Shown here piece after piece: positions 20,550 to 31,208 of a stretch of 64,000 bases of DNA; the stretch's first letter is position 1, and every line of letters begins with the position of its first letter. Below the pieces are notes generated by a model. The model did not search any database, had not been told where the DNA came from, and saw only the letters and a list, made by a program, of their open reading frames with translations. A program made the translations under genes and the position numbers. This DNA comes from Opitutales bacterium (GTDB lineage Bacteria > Verrucomicrobiota > Verrucomicrobiia > Opitutales > JABSRG01): assembly GCA_049599475.1 (NCBI GenBank), contig JBMYOQ010000004.1, positions 32,001 through 96,000 on the forward strand, written 5' to 3'.

Positions 20550-21116
20550 TTAAGATGCTACAGCGGCCGCATCCTGTCCAAGAAACTCAGCATTTCTCGA
20601 AGGGAATGGGCTGCGAGTCTCTCCTAGTTGCTTGGGCTGCACTTCTGCGCCCGCCTCAGCGATCAAGGCTAAGAAATCTTCTTTCAAGGCGCGCATTGCT
20701 GAGCAGCGGCCATTTTCAAATGCCAACTTAAGACCGTTCGATAGGTCTTCCTCAGTGGCACGTTCCATCTCGATGAGACGACGGTTTAACAAGTAAAATA
20801 CAGACTGCAGAATCGGATTCGATTTGTCTGATTCGCCGAGGGCGTTGCGCAGGGCAGAGAATTCGACAGACTCAGTTGCTGCCATATTCTCGCGGAGTTT
20901 GTGCTGCTGCCCAAGCGATTCGCGCATGTAGGCTACCTGTGAGCGGAGCTCTGCAAGCTCAGTCTCTTGTTTTAGGTGGAGTTGTTCGAGGCTCAGCTTT
21001 TCGCGCTCGAGTTTGCGGCACTGGTCTTTCCAGGCTTTTGATTGGTTGGCTAATGCGGCCTCTTTCGCCTTAGACGACGAATTCAGCCCCGGCAGGTTGA
21101 ATGGGGTACGGCTCAT
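20550..21116 (-). CDS. Hypothetical coiled-coil protein
   Basis: 188-aa ORF with heptad-rich E/K/L/Q segment; fills the gap between LOG and tyrS. Confidence 0.65.
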   Translation of the reverse strand: MSRTPFNLPGLNSSSKAKEAALANQSKAWKDQCRKLEREKLSLEQLHLKQETELAELRSQVAYMRESLGQQHKLRENMAATESVEFSALRNALGESDKSNPILQSVFYLLNRRLIEMERATEEDLSNGLKLAFENGRCSAMRALKEDFLALIAEAGAEVQPKQLGETRSPFPSRNAEFLGQDAAAVAS

Positions 21117-21243
21117 AGATAATCAGGAGGAGGTTGTGTGAGAGGGGGATCCCCTTTGTAACGGTCAATTTAATTTTTGTTTAGGTAAAAACTTAGGCTA
21201 GCCCGCAAATTTTCCCCTCCTGAGACCGCATTATCATTAGGAT

Positions 21244-22425
21244 CTAGGCGGTCACTTTTATGAACTTTCTCTTCCCGGCTTGAAGAATGATTTCCTCGTC
21301 TGGCTTGCTCAGAATCGCGTTCGGATCGTCAAGTTTTACCTGGTTTGCTTTAATAGCGCCCTGCTTGAAGAGGCGTCGGATTTCGCTCTTACTCCCAAAG
21401 ATATTGCCTGCAGCGGCCATGACGTCCACGTAGTTCGCGGAGTCTCCGAGCCCGAGTGAATCCCACGTAAAGGTCGGCATATCCTCCGGTATCTTATTCT
21501 GGGAAAATACCTTTTCGAAGGCCGCCAGTTCGGCCTCGCCGGAACCTTCGCCGTAAAACTGAGAAACCAGCTCCGATGCCAGTGCCTTCTTGCACTTCAT
21601 GGGGTGCTCCGATTTGAGGGCCTCGATCTCATCCGGGGTCTTGAGGAGCAGGAGAGTGTAGTAGTCCCACATCACATCATCGCTGATAGACATTACCTTG
21701 CCAAAGATTTCCTTAGGACTGTCGTTAAACGCGATGTAATTGTCCTGGCTCTTGGACATTTTCTTGGTCCCGTCGAGCCCTACGAGCAAAGGCATTGTGA
21801 GGCAAATCTGCTCTGCTTGGCCGGCTTCTTTTTGAAGGTGGCGACCCACGAGTAGGTTGAAAAGCTGGTCACTGCCTCCGAGTTCGATATCGGCTTTGAG
21901 TTCGACAGAATCTTGGCCCTGGACGAGCGGGTAGAGAAATTCGATGATCGAAATGGGCTTGTTGTCCTTGTAGCGCTTCGAGAAATCATCACGCTCCAAC
22001 ATTCGCGAAACGGTCATTTTGCGAGCGAGTAGCAGGCAATCTTCAAACCTCTGTTTCGCAAACCATTCGCTATTGTGGCGGACCTCGGTTTTTTCTGGAT
22101 CCAAAATCTTGTATGCCTGCTCGAGGTAGGTAGAGGCGTTGGCCGCGATCTCTTCCTTGGTCAGCGTGGGGCGTAGGTCCGAGCGACCGGACGGATCGCC
22201 GATCAACGTGGTGAAGTCTCCAATGAGGAGGATCGCTTGGTGACCCTGGTCTTGGAACTGACGAAGCTTATTGAAAACGACCATATGTCCAAAGGTCAGG
22301 TCGGGACGCGTGGGGTCTACACCGAGCTTTACGCGTAGGCATTTGCCTGCTTCGAGGCGTTCCTTGAGATCTTCACCGCCGATAACGGTGTCTGCATTGC
22401 TGACTAGGGTTTCGTATGCGTCCAT
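21244..22425 (-). CDS. tyrS: Tyrosine--tRNA ligase
   Basis: GVDPT..DLTFGH, GDPSGR, YPLVQGQD, GGSDQ, KMSKS, C-terminal S4 domain. Confidence 0.96.
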   Translation of the reverse strand: MDAYETLVSNADTVIGGEDLKERLEAGKCLRVKLGVDPTRPDLTFGHMVVFNKLRQFQDQGHQAILLIGDFTTLIGDPSGRSDLRPTLTKEEIAANASTYLEQAYKILDPEKTEVRHNSEWFAKQRFEDCLLLARKMTVSRMLERDDFSKRYKDNKPISIIEFLYPLVQGQDSVELKADIELGGSDQLFNLLVGRHLQKEAGQAEQICLTMPLLVGLDGTKKMSKSQDNYIAFNDSPKEIFGKVMSISDDVMWDYYTLLLLKTPDEIEALKSEHPMKCKKALASELVSQFYGEGSGEAELAAFEKVFSQNKIPEDMPTFTWDSLGLGDSANYVDVMAAAGNIFGSKSEIRRLFKQGAIKANQVKLDDPNAILSKPDEEIILQAGKRKFIKVTA

Positions 22426-22484
22426 GGGCAGGCCAGCAAATCCATTGTGCGCTGAGCATCAACGGTTTTTTTATCTTACGAAAG

Positions 22485-23177
22485 CTAGCCTTGCATCAAG
22501 CTGAGGTGTTTTCCGTTATCTTCTGGGCCTAGGTCCGCGATTCGTTGGGCATTCGTCTCTGCCCACTTTGCAGCATCTGGATAGTTTTCCGCCTTGTTTC
22601 CCATGATGGAACGGGTCAATCGCGTATCGACGACTCCCGGGAAGATGTTGACCCGTGTCAGGTTCTTCGGGCTTTCGGCGGCTAGCAAGTCGAGTAGCAG
22701 TCCCGCTCCCTGTTTACTGATCGCATAGGGAATCAAGCCAGCGGGTGGAAAACCGGAAGCAGGCAGCGTTACATGGGCGATAACCCCGGCCGAGCTGCGT
22801 AGAGCAGGTAAAAGGCTGTGGATTACGCGAATCGTTCCTGCGTAGTTGGTGTTAAGAATATCTTCGATTTCTTGCAGCTTGGCCCGGTCGAAGCGCTGTG
22901 GTTTCAAAGTGGCAGCTGCATTCAGTATGAGTAGGTCCAAACCGCCCAAGGTCTCCATCGCATGCGCGGCCCATTTTTCGACAGAAATACGACTTCTCAC
23001 ATCGCAGACTTGCGCGTCAGCATCCGGGAATTGCGCCTTGAGCTGATCAATGGCTTCCGCAGATCGAGCCATACCAGCCACGCTATAAGACTCGGGCCGG
23101 GCGGCGTAGTATTCGAAAAGAGCTCGTCCGATACCGCGTGATACGCCAGTGACGATTATTCTTTTTGTTTCTCCCAT
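22485..23177 (-). CDS. Short-chain dehydrogenase/reductase
   Basis: TGVSRGIG, LNAA, YAISK, PGVVDT. Confidence 0.88.
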   Translation of the reverse strand: MGETKRIIVTGVSRGIGRALFEYYAARPESYSVAGMARSAEAIDQLKAQFPDADAQVCDVRSRISVEKWAAHAMETLGGLDLLILNAAATLKPQRFDRAKLQEIEDILNTNYAGTIRVIHSLLPALRSSAGVIAHVTLPASGFPPAGLIPYAISKQGAGLLLDLLAAESPKNLTRVNIFPGVVDTRLTRSIMGNKAENYPDAAKWAETNAQRIADLGPEDNGKHLSLMQG

Positions 23178-23243
23178 TTAACAAGTTAGCCCGTTCCTCA
23201 TTCTCATCAAACAAAAGAGATGCATTTTGGTGTGGGTCACTGC

Positions 23244-23272
23244 TTGACGGCAAATGTCGGGCATTCCACACT
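23244..23272 (+). promoter_or_regulatory. Putative sigma70-type promoter of serS, possibly leaderless
   Basis: TTGACG-N17-CACACT ending 8 nt before ATG 23281. Confidence 0.4.
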
Positions 23273-23280
23273 CCGCGGCT

Positions 23281-24543
23281 ATGATCGATATCAAGATCCT
23301 GAGGGAGTCTGCTGACGAAATTAAAAAGGCCGTAGCGCGCAAAAAATTTGATTGCGACGTGGACGAGGTCCTGCGCCTAGATGTAAAGCGCAGAGAACTT
23401 ATCACCTCTGCCGAGTCTGCACGCGCCGAACAAAAGGCCGCAAGTAAGGCCATGGCTTCATTGAAAAAAGGCTCTCCCGAATTCATGGAGAAAGTAGGAG
23501 AGACCAAGGCATTAGCCGCTAAGGCAAAGGAACTCGATCAAGAAGCGAAGGCTGCGAACGAAGCATTTCAAGCGTCCCTGATGACGATTCCGAATTATCC
23601 GGACGCCTCCATACCCGATGGCCGCGATGAATCCGATGCAAAGGAAGTACTCAGCGAAGGGAGTATTGAAAATTACCCGCATGCGGTTCCTCATTTTGAC
23701 ATTCCATGGTTCAGCAAACTGATAGATTTCGACCGTGGTTCGAAAGTCACGGGTGCTGGTTTTCCATTTTTTGTCGGGGATGCTGCGCGCTTAGTCCGAG
23801 CGCTCTTACAATACTTTCTGGATGCTGCGAATGATGCCGGGTTCGAAGAAATGGCGCCGCCTATCTTTGTAAATGAGGCCAGTGCGACTGCGACCGGGCA
23901 ACTTCCAGACAAGGAAGGGCAGATGTATTTCGACCAAAATGAGGGGCTTTATATGATCCCTACAGCCGAGGTGCCCGTGACGAACTTTATTCGGAATGAG
24001 ATTCTGGATAACAAAATTTTGCCTCTTGGACGCTGTGCTTACACGCCTTGTTTCCGGAGAGAAGCGGGTAGCTGGGGCGCTCATGTACGCGGGCTAAACC
24101 GGGTGCACCAGTTTGACAAGGTCGAGGTGGTGAAGTGGACTCGCCCCGAGAATAGCTTAGAGGAATTGGAGTCTCTCAGGTCGCACGCGGAGTCACTGCT
24201 GCGGGCCTTGGAGTTGCCATTCCGGACCTTGCTGATGCCCGCTGGCGACATCGGTTTTACGCATTCTAAGCAATACGACCTTGAGGTATACGCTGCGGGC
24301 CAAAAACGCTGGCTGGAAGTCTCGAGCTGCAGTAGTTTCACGGACTATCAGGCGCGTCGTGCAAACATTCGATACCGCGATGAAGATGGGAATGTGAAAT
24401 TTGTCCATACGCTGAACGGATCCGCGCTGGCAATTCCCCGTGTCCTGGCAGCCATTCTGGAAAACAACCTGCAGGAGGATGGGACCGTTTCTGTTCCTAA
24501 GGTGCTCCAGCCGTATTTCCGAAAGGAAAGCATTGGAGGATAA
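23281..24543 (+). CDS. serS: Serine--tRNA ligase
   Basis: N-terminal coiled coil, PTAEVP, CFRREAG, RVHQFDKVE, EVSSCS, HTLNGSALA. Confidence 0.97.
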   Translation: MIDIKILRESADEIKKAVARKKFDCDVDEVLRLDVKRRELITSAESARAEQKAASKAMASLKKGSPEFMEKVGETKALAAKAKELDQEAKAANEAFQASLMTIPNYPDASIPDGRDESDAKEVLSEGSIENYPHAVPHFDIPWFSKLIDFDRGSKVTGAGFPFFVGDAARLVRALLQYFLDAANDAGFEEMAPPIFVNEASATATGQLPDKEGQMYFDQNEGLYMIPTAEVPVTNFIRNEILDNKILPLGRCAYTPCFRREAGSWGAHVRGLNRVHQFDKVEVVKWTRPENSLEELESLRSHAESLLRALELPFRTLLMPAGDIGFTHSKQYDLEVYAAGQKRWLEVSSCSSFTDYQARRANIRYRDEDGNVKFVHTLNGSALAIPRVLAAILENNLQEDGTVSVPKVLQPYFRKESIGG

Positions 24544-24587
24544 GAATTCCTCGCGGCGACTGTTGAGTGCTTGTTATGTCCTAAGCG

Positions 24588-26051
24588 ATGAATAAGGCTC
24601 AGCTGCCAGATCAAATCTGTCGGGCAGAGGTGCTCTCTGTTTCGCAGACCTTGGGTCTTCCTTCGAAGGTGAGACCAGAGGTCACAGAAGCTTTATCCTC
24701 GTCTGGCGTGGTGGCAGTCGCCTGTAGCGGAGGCGTCGATTCGGTTGCGGCACTTCTGTGGGTATGGGCGACTTATCCGCAGCTGACCTTACGCGTGGTT
24801 CATTTTGACCATAGGATTCGAGGAGAAGCCTCGGCGGCAGACGCAGCATTTGTAGAGGCATTAGCCAATTGCTTGGGAATTGAATGCATCTCCGATGCTT
24901 GGTTAGCCGCAGATCCAGATGCATCAGAATCCCTGTTGAGGGACGCGCGTCTTGAGTTCTTTTCGCGAATTTATCGATCCGAGCGATTGGAATCGATTGT
25001 GACAGGGCATCATGTAGACGATCTGGTAGAGACCTTTTTGATGCGCGCTCTGAGAGGCGTCGGCGCTCATGGATTGTCTGCACCGCGTCCAGTTTCGCGT
25101 GCATCCGCGGGGATGGTATTTCTCCGGCCTTTCCTTGATGTGGAGAAATCGAGTTTGGTTGAATTCCTGAAGCAGCTTTCGATCAAGGGGTGCTCTGACG
25201 AAACCAATGCAGATACACGCTATTTACGTAATGCAGTGCGCAAACAGGTTACGCCAGAGTTGGAGAGCGTCTCGCAACAGTTTGGCAGAGACCTCCGGGC
25301 GATGATTTCAAAAACTCGTGATACGCTCGAAGCAGACTCCGAAATCCTGGAGTGGGCCGTGGATGCAGCGCTCGATAAGGCGCGTGTCCCGGAGACAGAG
25401 CGGCTGAGTCGGGCAGTGCTCAGGACGTTTCCCGAGGTTTTGCAGCAGCGAGTCGTCGAGTCGTGGCTCCGAAGTGCTGTTGCTTCCGAGGGATCTTCGG
25501 GTGCGCTGGTGGAAATCGTAGCGGCGATTGCTCAAGACGAAGTGAAAGAGGTCCAGATCAGTGCTGCTTGGAAAGTCAGGATTGAAACATCGCTCGATGC
25601 GAAACCGGTGGGTCGTGAGAAAGACTCTGTTGAATTCGAATTTTCGCCGAGTCGACTGATTCCAGGGGTAGACATTTTTCTTCCTGGTGGACGAGTCTTT
25701 CGAGCAGACATGTGTGAGGTCGGAGACGAACTCATGGAGCGCATCTCGTCCCGAGCTGTTGATCCTAAGGGTGAAGCCTGGTTGGCGCTGACCCATCTCG
25801 ATCTTGGCGGACTCTATCTGAGAAATCGCCGTCCAGGTGATCGATATCACTTACTTGGGGCTCCTGGATCTAAAAAACTGAAAGATATTCTCAACCAAAG
25901 GAAAATACCGCTATCGGAACGAATAATTCTGCCGACTGTCTGTGATAATGCAGAATCGATTTTGTGGGTTCCGGGACTTCCCCCGTCAGAAACAGTAAAG
26001 ATCAGTGAATCTACGAAACTCGCTCTGCGATTGACTTACAGGTCATTGTAG
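24588..26051 (+). CDS. tilS: tRNA(Ile)-lysidine synthetase
   Basis: ACSGGVDS PP-loop, HFDHRIRG, GHHVDDLVET, DETN..RN, TilS C-terminal domain; upstream of ftsH. Confidence 0.93.
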   Translation: MNKAQLPDQICRAEVLSVSQTLGLPSKVRPEVTEALSSSGVVAVACSGGVDSVAALLWVWATYPQLTLRVVHFDHRIRGEASAADAAFVEALANCLGIECISDAWLAADPDASESLLRDARLEFFSRIYRSERLESIVTGHHVDDLVETFLMRALRGVGAHGLSAPRPVSRASAGMVFLRPFLDVEKSSLVEFLKQLSIKGCSDETNADTRYLRNAVRKQVTPELESVSQQFGRDLRAMISKTRDTLEADSEILEWAVDAALDKARVPETERLSRAVLRTFPEVLQQRVVESWLRSAVASEGSSGALVEIVAAIAQDEVKEVQISAAWKVRIETSLDAKPVGREKDSVEFEFSPSRLIPGVDIFLPGGRVFRADMCEVGDELMERISSRAVDPKGEAWLALTHLDLGGLYLRNRRPGDRYHLLGAPGSKKLKDILNQRKIPLSERIILPTVCDNAESILWVPGLPPSETVKISESTKLALRLTYRSL

Positions 26052-26079
26052 GTTCGGTTAACACTCTTATACATTTCTC

Positions 26080-28128
26080 ATGTCAGAAAATAAGCCTTCA
26101 AACAAACCCTCTCAAGGAGGGAACGGTCAACCACCCGAACGTTTTCAACCCAAGGTAATTCTAATTTGGCTCGTCATATTTGCCGCTATCATCGGCGTAT
26201 GGTCGCTTAACGGTGTCCAGCAAGGGCAAATTCGCACGATGACAATACCTGAGGTGATCGCCGCTGTTGAAAATAACGAAGTCGATGGTGGTTCTATGTA
26301 TCAAGATTCCCAAGGGGGAATGTTCTACTATGTGATTGAGGGCACTCTGATTCCTAGTGAGCAGCTTTCTATCGATGGCGATGTAGTTCCTCCAGCACCC
26401 GATGCGCTGGGCACTCCATTCCGCGCAGAAGGCCGAGTGACCGATGAGCAAATCGGTGTCCTTCAAGGTTCTTTCCGCGAGGAGCGTGGTGGCAATTATA
26501 TGATGGAGCTTGTTTTCGGACTGCTTCCATTCGTTATCATCATCGCTCTGCTTTACTTCCTCTTTATCCGCCAACTCAGAAATGCCGGTAAGGGCGCAAT
26601 GAGCTTCGGTAAGAGCAAAGCTAAGATGCTCACACGCGAGCGCGACCGTATTACCTTCAAGGAAGTTGCGGGTTGCGATGAGGCCAAGGAAGAGGTCTCC
26701 GAAGTCGTGGACTTTTTAAAGGACCCTAAGAAATTTCAGCGTATCGGTGGGCGTATCCCGAAGGGTGTTCTCATGGTGGGCCCTCCAGGAACTGGTAAAA
26801 CTTTGCTTGCTCGTGCAGTAGCCGGGGAGGCTGAGGTGCCGTTTTTCAGCATCAGTGGTTCAGACTTTGTTGAAATGTTTGTTGGCGTCGGTGCGGCACG
26901 TGTTCGTGATATGTTTGAACAGGGCCGCAAAAACGCTCCATGTATCATTTTTATCGATGAGATCGACGCCGTCGGCCGCCAGCGTGGTGCTGGTCTAGGT
27001 GGTGGCAATGATGAGCGCGAGCAGACTCTGAATTCGCTTCTTGTTGAGATGGATGGTTTCGATGGGCACGAAGGTGTGATTATCATCGCGGCGACAAATC
27101 GTCCCGACGTATTGGATAACGCGCTCTTGCGCCCGGGCCGCTTCGACCGTCAGGTAGTCATCGATTTACCGGACCTCAATGGCCGTCACGAAATTTTGAA
27201 TGTCCACTCCAAGAAAATCGCTCTGTCTAAGACGGTAGACTTGGAAGTCGTGGCCCGCAATACTCCTGGGTTTAGCGGAGCAGACCTCGCGAATCTTCTG
27301 AATGAAGCAGCGCTGGTTGCTGCACGAGGAAACAAGAAGGAAGTGACCCATCAGGAAATTGACGAGGCGCGCGAGAAAATCGCATTTGGTCGTGAGCGTC
27401 GCAAACTCATGGATGAAGAGGATCGCCGCATCATCGCTTGGCACGAAGCTGGGCACGCGATCGTCTCAGCAGCTATCAATGACAAGGTTTTACCCGTTCA
27501 TAAGGTAACAATCATCCCGCGCGGACAATCTCTGGGCAGCGTAAGCTATATTCCATCGAAGGATATTTTGAATCAGTCTAAGCGTAGAATGGTTGATCAA
27601 ATGTGCACAGCGATGGGAGGGCGCGCTGCGGAAGAGATCGTGATTGGCGATATCACCAGTGGAGCCTCTGCGGATATCCGTGCAGCGACAAAAATCGCCC
27701 GGAGTATGGTCTGTGATTGGGGTATGAGTGATCTAGGGCCCGTTGCTTACGGCGAAAATCAGGACCATGTATTTTTAGGGAAAGAAATTTCTCGAAATCA
27801 GAATTACTCCGAAGAGACCGCCCGAAAAATTGATAAGGCCATCTACGACCTCGTAGAAGGGCAGCACGAGCGCGCGGTTGCGATCCTTACCGAGCACAGA
27901 AAGGCATTGGATACATTGGCAGAATCCCTTCTCGAGTTTGAGACTCTCGAAGGAAAGCATGTCATGGAAATTCTGGAGACGGGTTCAATTCAGTCGCCAA
28001 TCACGCCTGTTAAGAAGGATGATGAAGAGCCAGAGAAGTCTGATACTCCTCCAGCGCTTCACCCGAAGAAAAAGGAGAACAAGGATGATGGCAATTTCGG
28101 TGGTGAGCCGGCCGGAGTCCCTGCTTGA
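26080..28128 (+). CDS. ftsH: ATP-dependent zinc metalloprotease FtsH
   Basis: Two TM helices, [27 protein letters not shown]. Confidence 0.98.
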   Translation: MSENKPSNKPSQGGNGQPPERFQPKVILIWLVIFAAIIGVWSLNGVQQGQIRTMTIPEVIAAVENNEVDGGSMYQDSQGGMFYYVIEGTLIPSEQLSIDGDVVPPAPDALGTPFRAEGRVTDEQIGVLQGSFREERGGNYMMELVFGLLPFVIIIALLYFLFIRQLRNAGKGAMSFGKSKAKMLTRERDRITFKEVAGCDEAKEEVSEVVDFLKDPKKFQRIGGRIPKGVLMVGPPGTGKTLLARAVAGEAEVPFFSISGSDFVEMFVGVGAARVRDMFEQGRKNAPCIIFIDEIDAVGRQRGAGLGGGNDEREQTLNSLLVEMDGFDGHEGVIIIAATNRPDVLDNALLRPGRFDRQVVIDLPDLNGRHEILNVHSKKIALSKTVDLEVVARNTPGFSGADLANLLNEAALVAARGNKKEVTHQEIDEAREKIAFGRERRKLMDEEDRRIIAWHEAGHAIVSAAINDKVLPVHKVTIIPRGQSLGSVSYIPSKDILNQSKRRMVDQMCTAMGGRAAEEIVIGDITSGASADIRAATKIARSMVCDWGMSDLGPVAYGENQDHVFLGKEISRNQNYSEETARKIDKAIYDLVEGQHERAVAILTEHRKALDTLAESLLEFETLEGKHVMEILETGSIQSPITPVKKDDEEPEKSDTPPALHPKKKENKDDGNFGGEPAGVPA

Positions 28129-28146
28129 TTCAAAATTTTAAAATTT

Positions 28147-28184
28147 AAAAGCCGTCAGATGTAATCCACCTGGCGGCTTTTTTT
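28147..28184 (+). terminator. Rho-independent terminator after ftsH
   Basis: AAAAGCCGTCAG...CTGGCGGCTTTTTTT. Confidence 0.8.
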
Positions 28185-28259
28185 ATACCTGGCCAGCTGG
28201 ACGTTCGCTGTGCTTATGCGGTTTCTCGAAAGTATTTTCGTGAACTCACGTTTTATAGG

Positions 28260-28346
28260 GTTGCAGCCGCGGCACTCTGCTGCCGCGCACTCGAGTCTGC
28301 TTAAGTGCTGGCGCTCCAGCAGAGTGCAGAGTGGGGCGGCTACAAC
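28260..28346. repeat. REP-like palindromic intergenic element, copy 2
   Basis: Outer GTTGCAGCCGC...GCGGCTACAAC and inner GCACTCTGCTG...CAGCAGAGTGC inverted repeats. Confidence 0.6.
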
Positions 28347-28980
28347 AAGCATTGCTAAGAATAAGCGAAAGCATTTTTGAGAAATGTTATATACCTAAGC
28401 CTTTGTTTGGCTATCGGTCGGCTCACTGGAACGGTTTACCCTCTACCATTTCAGTGCGGAAACACTTTTGAGAGATCGTAGCAAATCGGATTTACCCTTT
28501 TCGTATTCACCTCTGATACGGATGGTAGGAGTAGGTAATCTAGTCCTAAAGTGCCGCCCTGATCGGAGCTATTGGTTTGGTGACAAAAATGTGGCGATCA
28601 TGTAAAATTTAACCCGGGCGTGGTAGATAATATTTAGACCCAAATTTCTGAAGAAATTTGCTTGGCAATTTCACAGGAAAGAAGCGGATGCCTCTTTTTT
28701 CACTTATTTACTGGGGAGATCGCCGAAGCATGTTTGCTCATCCCAATGATGAAGAATGAGCCTTTATTACAAATTGGCTACATTCGGAGGAAATCAGCAA
28801 TTTTCATTAATAAATACTGGATTGACTTCGTGTCTCAGTAAGACGCTTTCACCCAATGAAAGTTTCTAATCAAATTTTTACAATCCGCTCATCATTTGGG
28901 CTTTTGTAATACTTGGTATGCTTTCCGCTAGATCCCGAATCACACAGAATATTTATCCTCCGATTACAACCTATACCAAC

Positions 28981-29754
28981 ATGAATCGCGTTCTATTTAT
29001 GAACAAAGCACTACTCATCGCCGGTTTCTGCTCGCTCAGCACCTTCTCATGCCTCTCGGCTCAAACAGCTGTTGAGAAAGCGCGTAACACACTCTCTGAA
29101 CTCGTTCGGACGAAAAAAGACATCGTGGAGAGTAAGTCAGCTTGGGAGACCGAGAAAGAGATCTTGGAGGCTACTATTAAGTCTTTGAAGGATGAACTTG
29201 AAATGCTTGAGACCAGGATTGAGGAGTCAGAGAAGCAGCGCGCTGAATCGGATGGAACACGTGCTCGCCTCAATGAAACTAACGGGAAGCTCAAGGAGCA
29301 ATTGGATGGGTTTGTGACCGTCGTATCTGGCTTTGAAAAGAAGCTGATAGAATTGCTTCCATATCTTCCAGAGCCTCTCCTTGATGAAATCGGGAAACTC
29401 ACAGATAAACTCCCTCGGGATGGTAAGAGTAGTCTTGATGCGCCGCGTCGGGCACTGATTGTGTTAGGGATCCTTCAAGGCATCGATAAATTTCAGACAT
29501 CGGTAACGACCCACAAGCTACTTCTTGAAATTGAAGGGAAAGAAGAGAAGGAATATTCGGTCATGTTTTATGGCCTAGCGACTGCGTTCTTCGTGGACGA
29601 AGATATGACAACTGCGGGATATGGCAGCCCTTCGCCTGAGGGGTGGGTTTGGACAACCGACAACATTTTGGCGGAACGTGTCTTTGACGCGATCGAGATT
29701 GCAGAGCGTAAGAAGCTCGCTGAGTTCATCCCACTACCTGTAACCGTTCAGTAA
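28981..29754 (+). CDS. DUF3450 family periplasmic coiled-coil protein (TtpB-like)
   Basis: Signal peptide, long coiled coil, terminal FIPLPV; first gene of an exbB/exbD/tonB operon; start at 28981 or 28999. Confidence 0.8.
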   Translation: MNRVLFMNKALLIAGFCSLSTFSCLSAQTAVEKARNTLSELVRTKKDIVESKSAWETEKEILEATIKSLKDELEMLETRIEESEKQRAESDGTRARLNETNGKLKEQLDGFVTVVSGFEKKLIELLPYLPEPLLDEIGKLTDKLPRDGKSSLDAPRRALIVLGILQGIDKFQTSVTTHKLLLEIEGKEEKEYSVMFYGLATAFFVDEDMTTAGYGSPSPEGWVWTTDNILAERVFDAIEIAERKKLAEFIPLPVTVQ

Positions 29755-29792
29755 ACAGAGCAACCTAGAGTATTTGAGAAAAGGATTTCAAA

Positions 29793-31172
29793 ATGAAGAT
29801 TAAATCATTCATCACTCTCGCAACTTTCGCAGCGGGCTCGGCCTCTCTATCGGCTCAGTCTCTAGAATCTGCAAGTGAGTCCATTCAAGCCGACTTGGAT
29901 GCTGCTCTCGAACAATATGCTGCCCTCCTTGAGGAGATTGGAGGCGAGAAGGTTCCTCTCGCTAACGAATTGAACGATCTCGAAGCGAAGGTAACTACAA
30001 AACGCCGTGAGGTCACGCGTGCGCAGCGCCTAGCGGACAACGCAGGCTCATCTGTTTCGCAATTGGAAACGGAGATAGAATCGCGAGAAAAGAGCATCAA
30101 CTACATGAGTAATACACTCAATGAGTATGTTCGTCAGTTTGAGATTTCTATCGATATTGCTGAGAAGCAGCTCTATTCGGAGATGATCGAGACTGTCCTC
30201 GACAATATTGAAAATGAAGAAATTTCTTCCGAAGAGAAATTCGATGCGCAGTTCGAAATCGTGGAGACTGGTTTGGCGCGCGTTGAGGATGTTTTGGGAG
30301 GTAAGAAATTTAACGGTTCCGCAATTATCCCTGGAGGTGAGAGCAAGGATGGCTCATTTGTTGTTTTGGGGCCTGTTTCGGTTTTCGCAGCTGCTGATGG
30401 ATCATCAGCAGGTATGGTGAGCCTGAAGGATCCAGTCCGTGCCAAGATCGTTGAAGTCGAGGGTGGGGAAGGTATCGCGAGCCTCGTTAACTCTGGCTCC
30501 GGCACTATTGTATTCGACCCGACACTCAATGATGCTCTCGAGCTCGATAAGGCTAAGGTTACCATCATCGATCAGGTTGAAGCGGGTGGTATCTGGGTAT
30601 GGCCGATCATCATCTCGTTCTTCCTCTCGATGCTAATCGGAGTATTCAAATTCTTTGAAATCTACAGCATCCGCACTCCAAAGGAGACTGACCTTCAGCA
30701 AACACTGCAGTATCTCGCGGATGGACAAGATGCCGATGCAGCGAAGTATGCTCGTGGTATTTCTGGACCTTTTGGCAAGCTTTTCCAAGACGCTGTCAAG
30801 CACGCGAAAAGCAGTAAGGAGCTACTTGAAGAGGTGCTTTACGAGAGAATGCTCGAAACACAACCTCAGGTTGAACGCCTACTACCTATCATTGCGGTAA
30901 CGGCGGCTACTGCTCCGCTTCTGGGTCTTCTCGGAACGGTTACGGGTATGATCAATACCTTCCAGCAGATCACTCTGTTCGGAACTTCAGACGCGTCCAA
31001 ACTTGCTGGTGGTATTTCTGAAGCGTTGATTACGACAATGTTTGGTCTTATCGCGGCCATCCCATCACTCGTGGTTCACGCACTTCTTGCACGCCGTGCT
31101 CAAGGTATTTTGGCCGCAATGGAGAAATACTCTGCGGCGTTTATCAACGGCCTGGAAAGCTCAAAGAAATAG
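29793..31172 (+). CDS. Long MotA/TolQ/ExbB family protein (TtpC-like)
   Basis: Periplasmic coiled coil plus APLLGLLGTVTGMI and GISEALITT. Confidence 0.9.
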   Translation: MKIKSFITLATFAAGSASLSAQSLESASESIQADLDAALEQYAALLEEIGGEKVPLANELNDLEAKVTTKRREVTRAQRLADNAGSSVSQLETEIESREKSINYMSNTLNEYVRQFEISIDIAEKQLYSEMIETVLDNIENEEISSEEKFDAQFEIVETGLARVEDVLGGKKFNGSAIIPGGESKDGSFVVLGPVSVFAAADGSSAGMVSLKDPVRAKIVEVEGGEGIASLVNSGSGTIVFDPTLNDALELDKAKVTIIDQVEAGGIWVWPIIISFFLSMLIGVFKFFEIYSIRTPKETDLQQTLQYLADGQDADAAKYARGISGPFGKLFQDAVKHAKSSKELLEEVLYERMLETQPQVERLLPIIAVTAATAPLLGLLGTVTGMINTFQQITLFGTSDASKLAGGISEALITTMFGLIAAIPSLVVHALLARRAQGILAAMEKYSAAFINGLESSKK

Positions 31173-31208
31173 TTGGGACAGTCATCCTAGCACCACTTTG
31201 ACACTATT

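Noticed and set aside
28155..28352. 65-aa minus-strand ORF
   Set aside because: Overlaps the ftsH terminator and the palindromic repeat and has no protein-like features
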